From contig NC_058368.1 in assembly GCF_018350175.1 (NCBI RefSeq), forward strand, positions 147,934,001-147,998,000: a DNA stretch of 64,000 nucleotides. Direction: 5' to 3'. Under the pieces are notes generated by a model, which saw nothing but the letters and a program-made list of their open reading frames with translations, ran no database searches and was not told where the DNA came from. Below, piece by piece: positions 25,721 through 39,329 of this stretch (its first letter is position 1; each line of letters starts with the position of its first letter). The position numbers and the translations under genes are program-made. Source of the stretch: Felis catus. Taxonomy: Eukaryota.

Positions 25721-27589
25721 GGCTCCAAAGTGGGCAGGGATATGCTGCCAACCCAGAGTGTGATAAGAAGCATATTAGACAAATATAATTACATTGCATT
25801 AAACTACAATACATTTTAGCATTTATTTTTAAACCACAACAGAAACTAGCCCATGTTGTCATATAGAATGTAATGTACAGAATTTACATGCTGCTATAAC
25901 AAAAATTTAGAATTGTTTCACAGACAGTTAAAAAATGGTATTTGAAACAAAGGAAGATGTTGATACTGGTTATATAATAGAAACATATTTTGCAAAACTC
26001 ATCTGCCATGATTTGTACAGCAGATAATTAGAGTGAATTTGTTTGTTCAGTATAGTCCCAGTTTGTATCTACTGCCCAGCATTACTATTAATAGTCTACC
26101 CTTCCTCTCAAATGCCCTATATATAATTACAGATGATTTACTTCATAACTGTTCATCTCTATTGGGGCAAGGTAGAAAATGGATATTGGTTGTTAGTTAT
26201 TATAGGAATTATTATAAACAGATTGATTTAGAAAGGAATCATCTACTTTATAGCAGAAAAGAAAGGAATTCACCTGATTTCCAGAAATTCACAGCCTTGA
26301 AATATTAGAAAATTCAGTTATTTTAAACGGATTTAGGAAGAGAAAAATTTGAAAAAAAAATTGAACCATGAAAGCCCAATATAAGAGTGAAATTAAGAGT
26401 AAAACCATTCATTCATTCTTAAAAACTGAGTAATACTCTTGAGAGTAAAGGCCCAACTATGGGTGAGGTATTAAGTAAAATCTTTTAAATGTTTATGTCA
26501 AACAAGAAGAAAAAAATACAACTAAATTTTATAATAATAAAGGTCTTATAGGCTCAAGTTAGCAATCTAATTTCAGAGAAGGAATGACACAAGGTCAGTA
26601 AAACAGAAATTACAGAAAATGCAAAAAAAAAGTCACAGGGTCAAGAAAACACAGATTATCAAAAATTCAAAAACAAGACTCAAAAATATGAAAGTGTGTA
26701 TGCTCATGGAAATGATTTAAGTTAAACAGATGGAAAACCTACCAAGTACATGAGAGGTGTGCCACTAAAGAAATCACAAGTAGGGAATAAAAAGCAAAAC
26801 CGCCTAAGACCTAAAATGACCCTTACCCTTAAACAATTTTTGGCATAATAAACCAAAAATGGTATATGATCCAACACTCCCTTCATATGTGTTGAAGGAA
26901 GATTTAGAAAAGGAAGAATTCTACTGGGTATAGAGCCTAAAGCCAAATCTGAAACTCGCAAGGAAACTATAGGGCGCCTTTACCTTTGAGCTTGATGCCA
27001 TAACTGAATAAGACTTTATTAGTCTGATATTCTTTGGGAGAGGGTCAGAATATTTCTCACAAGGGAAAATATATATATTGAATATATGATATATAGCCAG
27101 CCCAACATTAGGGGTCATTCTAATTATCTTCCAAACATGAGATAACATTGTATTCTGTGTATAGAATTTTGACACGACTATATTGGAAGTCACAAAGCAT
27201 TTTATACATCCATATACATTAAGATTTGTGTGCTAGTGAAATTATCTGTTAAAGATAATTTCCTTGAACTGTCATTGCTAGATCTGTGGGAGTGCACATT
27301 ATCAAGGCATTAAGCATATACTGTCAAATTACTCTCCATAAAGAGCATATTAACATAATACCATATACAATGCATGACAGTTGCTGTAAACTGCATTATC
27401 TCGAACATTGCACTTTTTGTGTGATTGTGTATGTATACATAGCAATAGGTAACACCATGACCTATTATTTTTCCTAAATATTCATTTTGTTTTTTTCTGA
27501 AATAAATATTTTTATATATTTTGGACCAATTGTATTTATTCTCCTCTGTGAATTGCTACTCCTTTGCTTTGTGTATTTTTTTCTGTTGT

Positions 27590-27712
27590 AATAGTATGGT
27601 TAAGAACACAGACTTTTACTATGACAAGAGGCAAATGTTTCATTCCCACCTTTGTACTGTAACAGATTGTGTGGCCTTGGGTATTTTACTTAAAATTTCT
27701 GTAAACCTCAGA
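27590..27712 (+). mobile_element. MIR fragment
   Basis: agtatggttaagaacacagact...tgtgtggccttgggtattttacttaaaatttctgtaaacctcag. Confidence 0.6.
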
Positions 27713-27714
27713 TC

Positions 27715-27970
27715 ATAGTCACTCAGAGACCCAAGATGACAGATGTTCAATCTCAATCTATAATTCAGAGTCACCTAAGAAGGGAAAGGGAAAATGGTGA
27801 ATTGCATACTGGCTCTTAAAGCTTCCACCTGGAAGTATTATTCATCACTTTCATTCGCATTATATAGGTCAAACCTAGTCAGGTGGCCACACTTTCTTTC
27901 AAAGGGGAACAGGGATATATAATCGTATCATGTGTCAGGATTTTTTCTGAACAGCCCCATAACAACCACA
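27715..27970 (-). mobile_element. MLT1J/K-like MaLR LTR fragment
   Basis: actggctcttaaagcttccacctggaagt...ctagtcaggtggccacac...aaccaca. Confidence 0.65.
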
Positions 27971-28960
27971 ATCTGCCTTTGTAATGTTCATTCATGCTAT
28001 CAGGTTCAAAATCCAAGGTTTCTGGGTGATGTGCTATAGATGTTCTCTCTCTCACACATACTCTCTTCTCCTTCTCTCAATGAACTTTAGTTCAGCATAT
28101 CAGGTTTTAATGATACACACATATTATCTTTAAAGATTTTATATAACTAAAAGGTGCCACAAAATGAGTTGGATCTTTCCTCTGAAATACATTTAGTCCA
28201 TTCAGAGTTTTTGATAATTGGTGTGAAGGCCTTGGTCTAATCCTTCTGTAAGACTTATTCTCAAACAGATTTTATAGCTCAGATTTTATATTGTGGTTGA
28301 CAAGCAATTACCTCTTCCATTTGGGCAATGGACTTTTCTTTCATACCTACATGAGGTCTTAATTATAAGGGAATCTGATTACAGGGTATATGGGAACTCC
28401 TGTGCTATCTGCGATTTTCTGAAAATTGAAATGTGTTTAAAATAAAAATGATACTTGAAAAAGTATACATATTTGGACTATATAGAAATTACATTCTAGA
28501 ATTCAGAAGTAGGAAATGAAACCTTGTTTTTCTGTTACTGAATTAAACTTCTTTATAAGATCTTATTTCTGTTGATGTGAGGGCAAAATATTGGCCTTTT
28601 AAAGTAAGTTAGAGTATTCTTAATTATAATTTAATTTATTTCAGGTAACTTGAATCAGTTCAAGCATCTACCCCTCTCCTCGTTTTTTTATTCTGTCTTC
28701 AGATAGCTCTGGACACCTGGAAACTTACTTGCCATAATGACAGTGAGGTTTGAATTCTGATTAATGTAAGGATGTCTAGGATCTCATGGACTTTCACCAA
28801 GACACCCAGTTCTGGGTTTGTTAAATTTTCTTGTTCCCTTTGTCACTGGGATATGTGTGACCTAAACTCCTTTCTAAATTTTTAGCTATATACCTTGTAT
28901 TCAAGTCAGTTTTATCTTATATGCAGTCAAATTTCTTACATTTTTATATTTGTATCCTTT

Positions 28961-29160
28961 CCTTTTTTTAGTGTTTATTTATTTTGAGAGAGAATGCACA
29001 TTTGAGTGGAGGAAAGGGAATAGAGACAGGAGAGAGTGAATCCCAAGCAGGCTCCCCGCTATCAGTGCAGAGCCCAAAGGGGGGCCTGATCTCATGAACC
29101 TTGAGATCATGACCTGAGCTGAAATCAAGAGGATGCTTAACTGAGTCACCCAAGCACACC
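28961..29160 (-). mobile_element. CanSINE (older)
   Basis: TSD tgtatccttt at 28951-28960 and 29161-29170. Confidence 0.93.
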
Positions 29161-29199
29161 TGTATCCTTTTATTTTCAACTCAGGCTTTTATAATTAAA

Positions 29200-30123
29200 G
29201 TGCCTCTCCACATCCTCTCCAGCACTTGCTTTTTTTGTCTTTTTGATAACAGCCATTTTAATAGGCAAGATGTGCTATCTCATTGTAGTTTGATTTGCAT
29301 TTTTCTGATAATTAGTGAAGTTGAACGTCTCTTAATGTGCCTCTTGCCATCTGTATGTCATTTTCTTTGTAAAAATGTCTATGCAGATTCTTTGCCCACT
29401 TTTTTCATTGGATTTTTTTTTTGCATTTGAGTTGCTTCTTTATATACTTCAGATATTAACCCCTTGTTGGATATATGATTTATAAATACTTTCTCCCATT
29501 CAGGAGGCTGCCTTTTCATTTTGTTTTTAATTTCCTATGCTGTGCAGAAGCTTTTTAGTTTGATGTAATCTCATTTGTTTATTTTTGCTTTTGGAAACAC
29601 AACCAAATATTCAACATCAAGATCCATGTCAAGGAGCATACTGCCTACGTTCTCTTCTAGAAGTTTTATGATTTCAGGTCTTAAATTCAAGTCTTTAATT
29701 CCTTTTGTGTTAATTTTTGTGTATGGTGTAAGACAGTGTGATTCATTTTTTTTTTCATGTGTCTCTCCAATTTTCCCAGCACCATTTATTGAAGAGACTG
29801 TACCTTCCTCATTGTATACTCTTGGCTCCTCTGTCATAAATTAATTGACCATACATGTGTGAGTTGATTTCTAAGTCTCTATTCTGTTCCATTGATCTAT
29901 GTGTCTGTTTTTATGCCAGTACCATGTTGATTTGATTAGTAAATGTTTAAATTATAACTTTGTAGTACAATTTAAAATCAGAAAGCATGATAACTCCAAC
30001 TTTGTTATGTCTCATGATTGCCCTGGCTATTCAGGGGATTTTGTGGGTCCATATAAATTAAAATATTATTTGTTCTACTTCTGTGAAAAATGCCACTGGG
30101 ATCTTGATAAGGATTGCACTGAA
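29200..30123 (-). mobile_element. L1 (L1MA9/L1_Carn-like) ORF2 segment, inverted 5' part
   Basis: Minus-strand ORF2-like peptide LTPYTKINTKGIKDLNLRPEIIKLLEEN. Confidence 0.9.
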
Positions 30124-30453
30124 ACTATTAAATAGAATGGCTATTATCCAAAAGACAAAAATTTGCTGGATAGGATGTGAAGAAAAAGGCACCCCTGTGC
30201 ACTATGGGTGGGAATATAAATTGGTGTGGCCATTATGGAAAACAGTATGGAGTTTCTTCAAAAATATTAAAAATACAAAAATAGAATTACCATGTAATCC
30301 AGCTACTCCATTTCTGAATGTTTATCAAAAGAAAGAAAAAATATTATTTTGAAAAGATATATACACCCTTATGTTCACTGTGGAATTATTTATAACAGCC
30401 AAAATATGAAAACAATGTAGGTGTCTACTGATGGATGAATGGATAAAGAAAAT

Positions 30454-30498
<45 letters not shown>

Positions 30499-30929
30499 AA
30501 CACTATTCATCCATACAAAAGGAAAACCTTGTCATTCCTCAGAGCATGGATGGACCTGGGTATTAAGCTAAGTCAGACATGGAAAGACAATATAGTTTCA
30601 TTCATATGTGGGTCTACAAAAACAAAAGCAAAAGAACAAACAAAACAAAACCAACCTCAGAGATACAGAAAATAGACTAGTGGTTATCCAAAGGCAAGAG
30701 AGTTGGAGGGTGGTGAAAAGCGTTAAGCGGGTCAAGAGCTACAAACTTCCAGTTATAAATAAGTCATGCGATGAAATGGGTAACAGCAGCGAATTATATG
30801 GTAATGGATGGTAACTAGACTTATTGTGGTGATCACTTTGTAGTGTACACACAGATAAAATTTATATGTTGTATAACTGAAACTCATACAATGTTATATA
30901 CCAATTTTACCTTAGCAATATTTAAAAAA
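30124..30929 (+). mobile_element. L1 (L1MA9/L1_Carn-like) 3' part, containing (CA)n at 30457-30495
   Basis: ORF2 C-terminus ([13 protein letters not shown]) and 3'UTR ...gtggtgatcactttgtagtgtac...gttatataccaattttacct. Confidence 0.9.
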
Positions 30930-30959
30930 TGTGCTTGTCTTATAAATATTATATAATCA

Positions 30960-32570
30960 AATTTGCTTTTTTATCTAGTTTGGCAACCACTGCCTCATAA
31001 TCAAACAGCTTAATCCATTACATGTAATGCAGTTATTCAGCCAGATGGGTTTCTTTTACCAATTCTACGGCAGTATGTGCTGAAGAATAATTCTCTCAAC
31101 TAGAATAATTCTCTCAGTTTAAAAACATTTAAAAATGTTTTTGCCTTATTTTCAAAGGAGAGTTTTGTGAGATATCAAATCCTAGCCAGACTTTTGGGTT
31201 TCTTCATTGCCTCAATAGTTTAATTAAAAATTTTTACCATTCTTTATTGTTTCTCTCACATAGTATCTTTCTTTTACTTGGCCCTTAACATTCTTAACAT
31301 TTACTGTTAGTTTTCAATAGTTTGCCTACAAAATTTCTAAATATTGCTTCCTTAGTATTTAGCCTGATTGAGGCTGAATCCATGAAACCTTCCTGAGTCC
31401 ATGAGTTAATATTTTAGCCAAAATTGACAAATGTTCAACCAGCAGTACATTAGACGTCTTTTTATATTCTCTCTTTTCTTTCTCTACGAGCTTGAATGAC
31501 ACAATTAGAATGCTTGATACTGTCCTACATTTCACTGAGGTTATGATCTTTTATTCATATTCTGTTTTTTCTTTATATTTTAGTTTACATCATTTCTGTT
31601 CTCTTTTTAAAGTTCACTTTTCCTTGTGCATTGCACCTTTGGTTCTACGTGCCATGTAATAAATGCTTTATTTCAGAAACAGCATTTTTATTTCTAGAAT
31701 TTCTTTTTGTTAGAGATTTTTTACATTTTCCCTGATATTTGCCATATCTTTAACTGTAGCATACAATTATCCCATAAAATCCTCAGCAAATTCATCAATT
31801 TTTGTACAGACATTGTACTAATTCCAACATCTGGGTTATCTATGGTTCTACCTCTATGAATAGTTCTATCTCTTTATTATTAATTACATTTTCTATTTCA
31901 TTTCCATTTCTATTGCTTTCTTTATTGTATACTGGCCATTGTTGCTCAAAGAATGTTGAAAATTTTCCAGCCAGGCAGTCATCTAATAAATGGATCGCTT
32001 TAGTTCACTAAATGCTTGTTTTTATTCTTTGTTAGGGAAAATGTTTTGATATTATCCTTAGAACTGGTGTTCAGATCTCATTTCTGAAATCTGGTTAATA
32101 TTTCTAAGGCCTATCAGACATTTTAATAGAAAGTCCAATGTATCCAACGTAAGAGAACTTGAATACTAAACTTGTATCTAATATAGTACTCAGTTGCTGA
32201 AATTTTCCATTTATTTACTTATTTGTTTGTTTGTTTGTTTTGCCTTACAAGTGTTTTCTCTTAGGTTTCTTGGAGTCACAAACCTCACAGGAACACGTCA
32301 GTAGTCAACCAAGTATAGATGAGAGTTTGTATTCAGATGGGGGCTTCCCTCTTAGGAACACTGGATCCCTAAACTCTGACCCCATAAGGCTGCAATTTAC
32401 TACTTGAGTTATGTTCCCATCGTGTTTCACTGTCTTGGGTGTGCCATCAATGGAAAAAAAGTCAATCAAATATAGATCTCATGACATTTTTCCCTTCTTT
32501 CAAAGGCTGTATCTTAAGTTTCTTCCTGCTTTTCATCAACCTGTACTGCCTTCAGGTAGCATTTTTTCAA
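30960..32570 (-). mobile_element. Highly diverged L1ME/HAL1-like remnant
   Basis: T-rich antisense ORF1-like sequence (ttgccttattttcaaaggagagttttgtgagatatcaaatccta). Confidence 0.45.
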
Positions 32571-32924
32571 AAAAGAGTAAAAGTTTATCATTCTCATAAA
32601 AATATTTAGGATAAGTTACTCTACCAATACCAGAAGTAAATTTAAAAAATATATATAGTATAAATGTTAATATCAAAAGAGTAAGACAAAATAATAAATT
32701 CCCATGTATCCATTATCAAGTAGTAGTAAATAGCAATCTTTTGGACAATCGTGTTCACCTATTCCCCTACCCACCATACACATATTTTTATTTTTATCTT
32801 TTTCTAGACCTTATTTAACAGAAAAATCTCAGAATAATGTCATTTAACCTGAAAATATTTAACATATATTTATGAATAACAGATGCTTTTTCTTTAAGGT
32901 AGACATATGATAAAAATATATTTG

Positions 32925-33146
32925 TTTCATTAATGTTTATTTATTTTTGAGAGAGAGAGAGAGAGAGCGTGAGTAGGGGAAGGAGAGAGAGAGAGAGAGA
33001 GAGAGAGGGAGACACAGAATCCAAAACAGGCTCCAGGTTCTGAGCTGTCAGCACAGAGCCCAACGTGGGGCTCGAACTCACAAACCGTGAGATCATGACC
33101 TGAGCCAAAGTCAGATTCTTAACTGACTGAGCCACCCAGTCACCCC
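32925..33146 (-). mobile_element. CanSINE
   Basis: SINE body with extended (GA)n. Confidence 0.95.
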
Positions 33147-33150
33147 ACCG

Positions 33151-33151
<1 letters not shown>

Positions 33152-33190
<39 letters not shown>
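33152..33190. repeat. (AAT)n microsatellite
   Basis: Directly visible. Confidence 0.95.
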
Positions 33191-34481
33191 TCTAAAAGTT
33201 ATTTTAATATCATAAAACATTCAGTTCACATTGAAATTTGCTGAAATGTCTCAATAATTTTTGTAGCTTCTTTATTTGAATCAGAATCTAACAAGATCAA
33301 ATTTGCATTAATTCGATTGATATGTCATTCAAGTCATTTTTAATCTATCCATTATTAACCTTTTCCCTTTTATATATATAATACTTAAGGTGGTTATTGA
33401 ATAAACCGTGTAAATTGTGCTGTGGCTTTTAGTTTTCAAAATAACTATCAACTATCAGAGACAACCTGAACATCAAAATGCTCTTCATTTGTAAAAGCCA
33501 GGCTTCCAAAACACAGAAATAATTTGTAATTTTTATCCTTGGCTTTTTAAATCAGAACTAGATCTGGAAAACATAAAATATGAAGTTTTTATGCTGAACA
33601 ATAATGTAGAAGAGAGTAACTGTTGACTGACATTAAGATTTTGGTTGATAAACTGGAACACAGGAAAGAGAAAACCCTAATATAAGTATTATATATTTTA
33701 AGAGAATGAAGAATTTATCTGAATATAATATCTAGGATTTTAACCAGAAAAGCCATAAACTTACTTGGTATTTCATAAAAATATGGTGCGTAGGTCATGA
33801 GTTTGAAGAAAATGTTTGAATTAACGAACAGAAGAAAAGCTCTATAGAGATTGTCATTGTATTAGAGAAGATTTTCCAAAAATTTCCCTGACTCTCCCAG
33901 CACCCATTTACTCAAAATGACTAAAAGCATGATGTTGGATACAAAAAGCAAGGGATTAAGATAAGGAATAAGCAAGGTATTCAGACGTCATGAAGAGGGG
34001 CCATGACAGGTGTTCGCTGATATCTGTCACAAAAGCCGATAAACTCAACCCAAAATATTATTTGAACAAGATATGCTGCAGGGATGCTCAGGAGGACAGA
34101 GGATGATACTGGATAAGATTCTATTTCCCCAAAGGCAGTGACTAACACTGCCATTCTGGCACTTTAAAGTATATGAATATAATAGGAAATGGGTGCAATC
34201 CTAAAACCAATGACTGGTAATCCTAACACAAAGAAAAATTAACTGGCTCTCCCAGAACTCCTAAATCATTGGAAACAGTATCTCAAAAGCCAAGTGAATT
34301 TCAGTTACAGAGAAATAAAATGAGTTACCTCACAGTACATGTAACTTTGTAATTGACAAAATAATAAAGCCCCAAACATACGATTAATATTATCAGAAAA
34401 ATAAGTCTTGATTTGATTATGTCTAAAACTAACCATATTTAAGGCCTGGAAAGTTTAATGTTAAAATAATTAGTTGGCATT

Positions 34482-34708
34482 GGGGCACCTGGGTGGCTCA
34501 GTCGGTTGAGTGTCTGACTTCAGCTCAGGTCATAATATCACGGCTTGTGAGTTCGAACCCCATGTCAGGCTCTGTGCTGTGACAGCTCAGAGCCTGGAGC
34601 CTGCTTCTGATTCTGTGTCTCCTTCTCTCTCTGCCCCTGCCCCACTTGTGCTCTGTCTCTCTCTGTCCCTCAAAAATAAATAAATGTAAAAAAATAAAAT
34701 AAAAAAAC
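34482..34708 (+). mobile_element. CanSINE
   Basis: ggggcacctgggtggctcag head; TSD agttggcat. Confidence 0.96.
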
Positions 34709-37327
34709 AGTTGGCATCTAAGCTTTCTAAATTCATATATGCATTTTCCACATGAGACTGAGATGAAAAATCTTTAATGCAAATAAATGAAATATCTAAT
34801 ATAATTCTGGTTGAGAAATCGAAAGCTTGGAAGCAACTATACTATTTTCCAGAAAAAAAGGAAACAATTTCTGCACTTACCCATAAACCTCTAGGGTTCA
34901 AATAAGAAGACATCTTCAGGAAATGTAAAATATCTAAACAAATTTTCCATTTTTCTTCTACACTCTTCCAATCAACCTGGTAACAAATAAATGATATAGC
35001 AGCTGAAAATAAGTTATAAACACACTGACCTCTTTTAAATGCATCCATATAATAGTTATTATTAATGACTATACATGATTAGCATGGCCACAGGTGACAA
35101 ATCTCATGCTCTTTAACACTTCATTGCAAGCTTTGCATTTGTTTCTTCTGAATTATGCCAATATTCATTACAATGTCATTTGTTGAAATTCTGGAGTGTT
35201 GTTTCTCTCTCTCTCGTCCAGTTGATCACCTCTAGATGTGTGTAGTCAAGGGAATAAAAATTCTAAGAGAGACACTTAAAATGTGGCTTCTAGGTCAATG
35301 CTCCGACTAAAACTGTCTTCCTTGATTATAATCTAAGAACCAGATACAGAATATATTTCCAGCTTCAGGCTCCATAGCTTTATCGTAGGGGATTCTGAGT
35401 CTGGTTTTTATCATCAATGAAGATCGCTTCTGAGAAAATGGGGAAAACTTTCACATTAGTTTTATGTTTCTTCTTTAAAAAGTTTCTTTAACTTCTTCAA
35501 GTAAGTTTAGTGAGTCCTGCAGAAGAGAAAAGCATTCTTTATGCTAACGATGTCTCTCTCGATTCTGATAAATGTAGACATATTTAAATTTAAGATTGAT
35601 ACGTAATTCTGTGTTGGACTGGATATCCACTGTTAGATAAACAGTTCTGCTGACTATGTGTAATTTAACTCCAGTACAAAATCTGTGGAATACCAAAATA
35701 ATGCAATTTTTTAAATTACAATTGGAATGTGTAAAATTATGTTCTCAATTCTCAGAACAATGATTGTCATATGAACAGATTTATGCAGTGCCATTTTCTG
35801 TTTCATTACAGTCTTTGTCATAAGAAGGATGTGGTAGAATTTTAATGTCTCATACATTCAGTCAATTACAGGATTCTACTATACAGCTTTGACCTTTTCA
35901 ATGTTCTGTGATTTGATTGGCTGCTCAATGCATTTTCCCCTTGCTTGCTGTTCCACTAACCTGTAGGGAAGATATAGAATGGGCAGCCAATTAAAGTGCA
36001 GAATATTGAAAAGGTCAAAACAGTACAATATGTTATCCGTACTCAGAATACATCAGAAACTAACCATATGTTGTAGTTGTTCTACAAGGAGAAGGAGAAG
36101 TGGGGTTGTAAGGGGAGAAAAAGAGCAAAAAACAATTACTCTACATTTCAGTCGACAAATTACAAAAGCCTTATTTTTTCTGAATATCTGCTATTTTCAA
36201 AATTAAAAAGTGGAAGTCCATTTCAAAAGTGAATAGAAAGTATAGTTTTTAACAGTTAATCAATTTCTTTGGAAAATGTTGAAGTATTTGTGCCTATACA
36301 CCTGAAAAGACACAAAGAAAACATCCCTTCCTAGCACTCTTGATCTTTTTTTTTTTAATACTATGTAACTTTTAATTTGTTCCAGTATTTCATTGGTTTA
36401 AATTATCATGGTTATATAATCCTTATTAAATAAAGAATAAGTAATATTATAGGACCGGCCACATATTTTAAAAATTTAGTCACCTTCCTTTTTCAGACCT
36501 TTTCCACTGACAGAATATTAAATTCTAACCTTTAAAAGGATATGTAATTACCTATTATTGTGATGAAAACTCTGACTGTTGGTTTGTTATATCATGACAG
36601 CATTGCATTCCATGTCCATTTTTGTTACGCAGCTCATGATTTCAATTATATTCATTCAGTGTCCCCAAGAAATAAACTAATTTCAAGTTTCTAATTACGA
36701 CCTGGACTTACATATCTCACAACAAAAACAACAACCAGTACCAGCCAAGGAATCTACTTTCCCCTCCAAATTTTATTGTGCCTGTTTACCATCTTTATTC
36801 TAATTTTGTCTCTTTTTAGTCAATTTGTTTAGACTGTTTAAGCAAACACTACTCACTAGAATTTCATATTACACAGAGATGCAATTATTTCACAGTACTT
36901 TAGAGGTTAACCTAATAATACATGGTGTTGAACAAGTTTGACCACAATTTGACAGGAATGGCTTTATGCAGATATAAACTGAGTATCTGTTGCAGCCAGA
37001 TAAGTATTCAGAGAGAAACATTAATCTCATAAACTTTTAGTTTCTTTTATCCTTTTTTGTGGTTATCCTTTAAATTGTTTAAAACTTAAATGTTTACAAT
37101 ATATAGATACATCCTTCTCTCTATTTAATGAGTCTTTTCCTTAGTCCTACTTTCTATACTTTTCTTATTTTTTACTTATCTATCACACAATGAAGGGTAT
37201 AACCATTCCAGTACCACATTTTCACCATGTCTGAAAACTGCATTTAAGGACAAATAGTTCATTGCCAACTTTCAGAGACAATAAAAGTCAGGTACTATAT
37301 TCAGAGCAATGTGGGAAAATCAAATTA

Positions 37328-37539
37328 TTTTATTTTTTATTTTTTAAATTTTTTAATGTTTATTTTTGAGAGGGAGTGACAGAGCGTGAGCAAGGGAGGG
37401 GCAGAGAAAGAGGGAGACACAGAATCCAAAGCATGTTCCAGGCTCTCAGAACCCAACATGGGGTTCGAACTCACAAACTGCAAGATCATGACCTGAGTGG
37501 AAGTCAGACGCTTAATGGAATGAGCCACCCAGGTGCCCC
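37328..37539 (-). mobile_element. CanSINE
   Basis: SINE body ending ccacccaggtgcccc. Confidence 0.94.
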
Positions 37540-38255
37540 ACAAATTGATAACTTTTAAACAGCAGCGTTTGGATTAAATTTCTCTGCATGCATTTATATT
37601 TCTAAGGAGTATGGCTAAGGATTCAGAGGGAGGATAGAATACTAAGCAATAAATAAACGTGTGTTCTTCTGCCACCTACATCGGCAAGATATTATCAGAT
37701 GTGAAATAGTGTGTTTCAAGAGAGAACATTGGAAAATGGAGTTAAGAGGGGAAACATCAGTGGAAGAACATTATGAATTGAATACTGGAGCAATGACAGA
37801 TGTAATGAAAGAGGAAAAAAATGGGTTATGTACAGAAAGTAAAACATGCAAAGGTGAGATACAGCAAGGCCAATAATTAAAGCAACAGTAAGGGTAGTAG
37901 GGAATAATTGTGGGAACAGCAAAGACTAAGCAATTCAAGAGTGCTAGATTCATGTGTCAGAAGAGAAAGCCTGGCATCCATTATATAATTAAGAAGGATC
38001 AGAGCACGATATAATTACCAGTGTGAGGTTAGTTTGGTCATATATGTATGAAGTAAACAGTATTTTACCTAGTCTGACAAAGGTAAGATTGAAGAGGCAT
38101 TCACAAAGTGGATATTGAGGCTTGAAAGAATACACAATTTGAATTAGATTAAAACTGGAATCATAAAAATGGATGACGAAGAAAATATGGCAGTAATGAC
38201 ATAAACTGGAATGGAAGCGTAAAGGTAAAAGGACTTCATTCAAAACTGATGTGTT

Positions 38256-38480
38256 GGGGCGCCTGGGTGGCGCAGTCGGTTAAGCGTCCGACTTCAGCCA
38301 GGTCACGATCTCACGGTCCATGAGTTTGAGCCCCTCGTCAGGCTCTGGGCTGATGGCTCAGAGCCTGGAGCCTGTTTCCGATTCTGTGTCTCCCTCTCTC
38401 TCTGCCCCTCCCCCGTTCATGCTCTGTCTCTCTCTGTCCCAAAAAAAATAAATAAACGTTGAAAAAAAATTAAAAAAAAA
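38256..38480 (+). mobile_element. CanSINE, young felid SINEC_Fc type
   Basis: ggcgcagtcggttaagcgtccgacttcagccagg head with CpGs retained; TSD ctgatgtgtt. Confidence 0.97.
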
Positions 38481-38542
38481 ACCTGATGTGTTAACAATTC
38501 TTGGCACTCTAGTATTGAGAACTGTTTGGCAAAACCTGCTTC

Positions 38543-39050
38543 ATCATTCATTCATTAATTCATTCATTCAGAAATTAAGTGGTTGAAGCCCTTCTAGGTG
38601 CTAAACAATGCTACACAGTTCACTGGCCAATGGAGAGATCAGGGAAAACATTAGGGAAAGGGCATTATGAACTCTATCTCTAGTTTCCTGAGAGTTCTCT
38701 AGTTCTCCAGTTCTCATGGAGTTTACCTTCTAGTGGGGGAAAATGACATCAAACAGCCACTGGGGGAAATACATATATAATGCCAACAAAAGGCAGTATT
38801 AAGAAGAAAAATGAGAGCAAGGGGTAGACTGGGGGTGGGTGGGGAGGAACATTATTTTAGATTAAGTGATCAAAAAAAAAGTTCTCCAAAGCACTGCTAT
38901 TCTAACAGACATAAGAAATATATAGCATATCAGTAATATGAAGATCAGGAGTAAGACTCCAGGCAAAGAGAAAAGCAAACAGAATGGCCTTGAACCAGAA
39001 TGAGTTTGGTGTGATAAAGAAACAGCCAGAGTTTATAAGATGAGCATTAA
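38543..39050 (-). mobile_element. L2 3' region
   Basis: (attc)n terminus, tctcatggagtttaccttctagtggggga, ccaggcaaagagaaaagcaaa. Confidence 0.75.
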
Positions 39051-39097
39051 GAAGCATGAATATTGGATACTAGGGAAAAATAAAATGAAATTATTTG

Positions 39098-39329
39098 TTT
39101 TGTTTTGTTTTTTTTTAATTTTTTAACGTTTTTTATTTATTTTTGAGACAGAGAGAGACAGAGCGTGAACAGGGGAGGGGCAGAGAGAGAGGGAGACACA
39201 GAATCGAAGCAGGCTCCAGGCTCTGAGCCATCAGCCCAGAGCCGGACGCGGGGCTTGAACTGACAGACCGCGAGATCGTGACCTGAGCTGAAGTCGGATG
39301 CCCAACCGACTGAGCCACCCAGGCGCCCC
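39098..39329 (-). mobile_element. CanSINE (young)
   Basis: TSD gaaattatttg at 39087-39097 and 39331-39341. Confidence 0.97.

Larger units (their letters stand above)
24270..25870 (+). mobile_element. Old MaLR LTR (MLT1H/I/J-like) split by nested insertions
   Basis: gcacatgacaggactgcatttc...gaagttaagtgtcgccatgt resumes at 25173 (gccatgtgaagtgttttgccaattaaatgtga) and again after 25720. Confidence 0.55.
32690..33420 (-). mobile_element. L1MC5-like 3' fragment interrupted by a SINE
   Basis: cccatgtatccattatc...tttgaatcagaatctaacaag...gattgatatgtcattcaagtcatttttaatcta. Confidence 0.55.

Noticed and set aside
25880..27190. Possible MaLR internal sequence (also ~23820-23960 and ~27970-28900)
   Set aside because: Only faint recalled similarity; boundaries cannot be supported without alignment.
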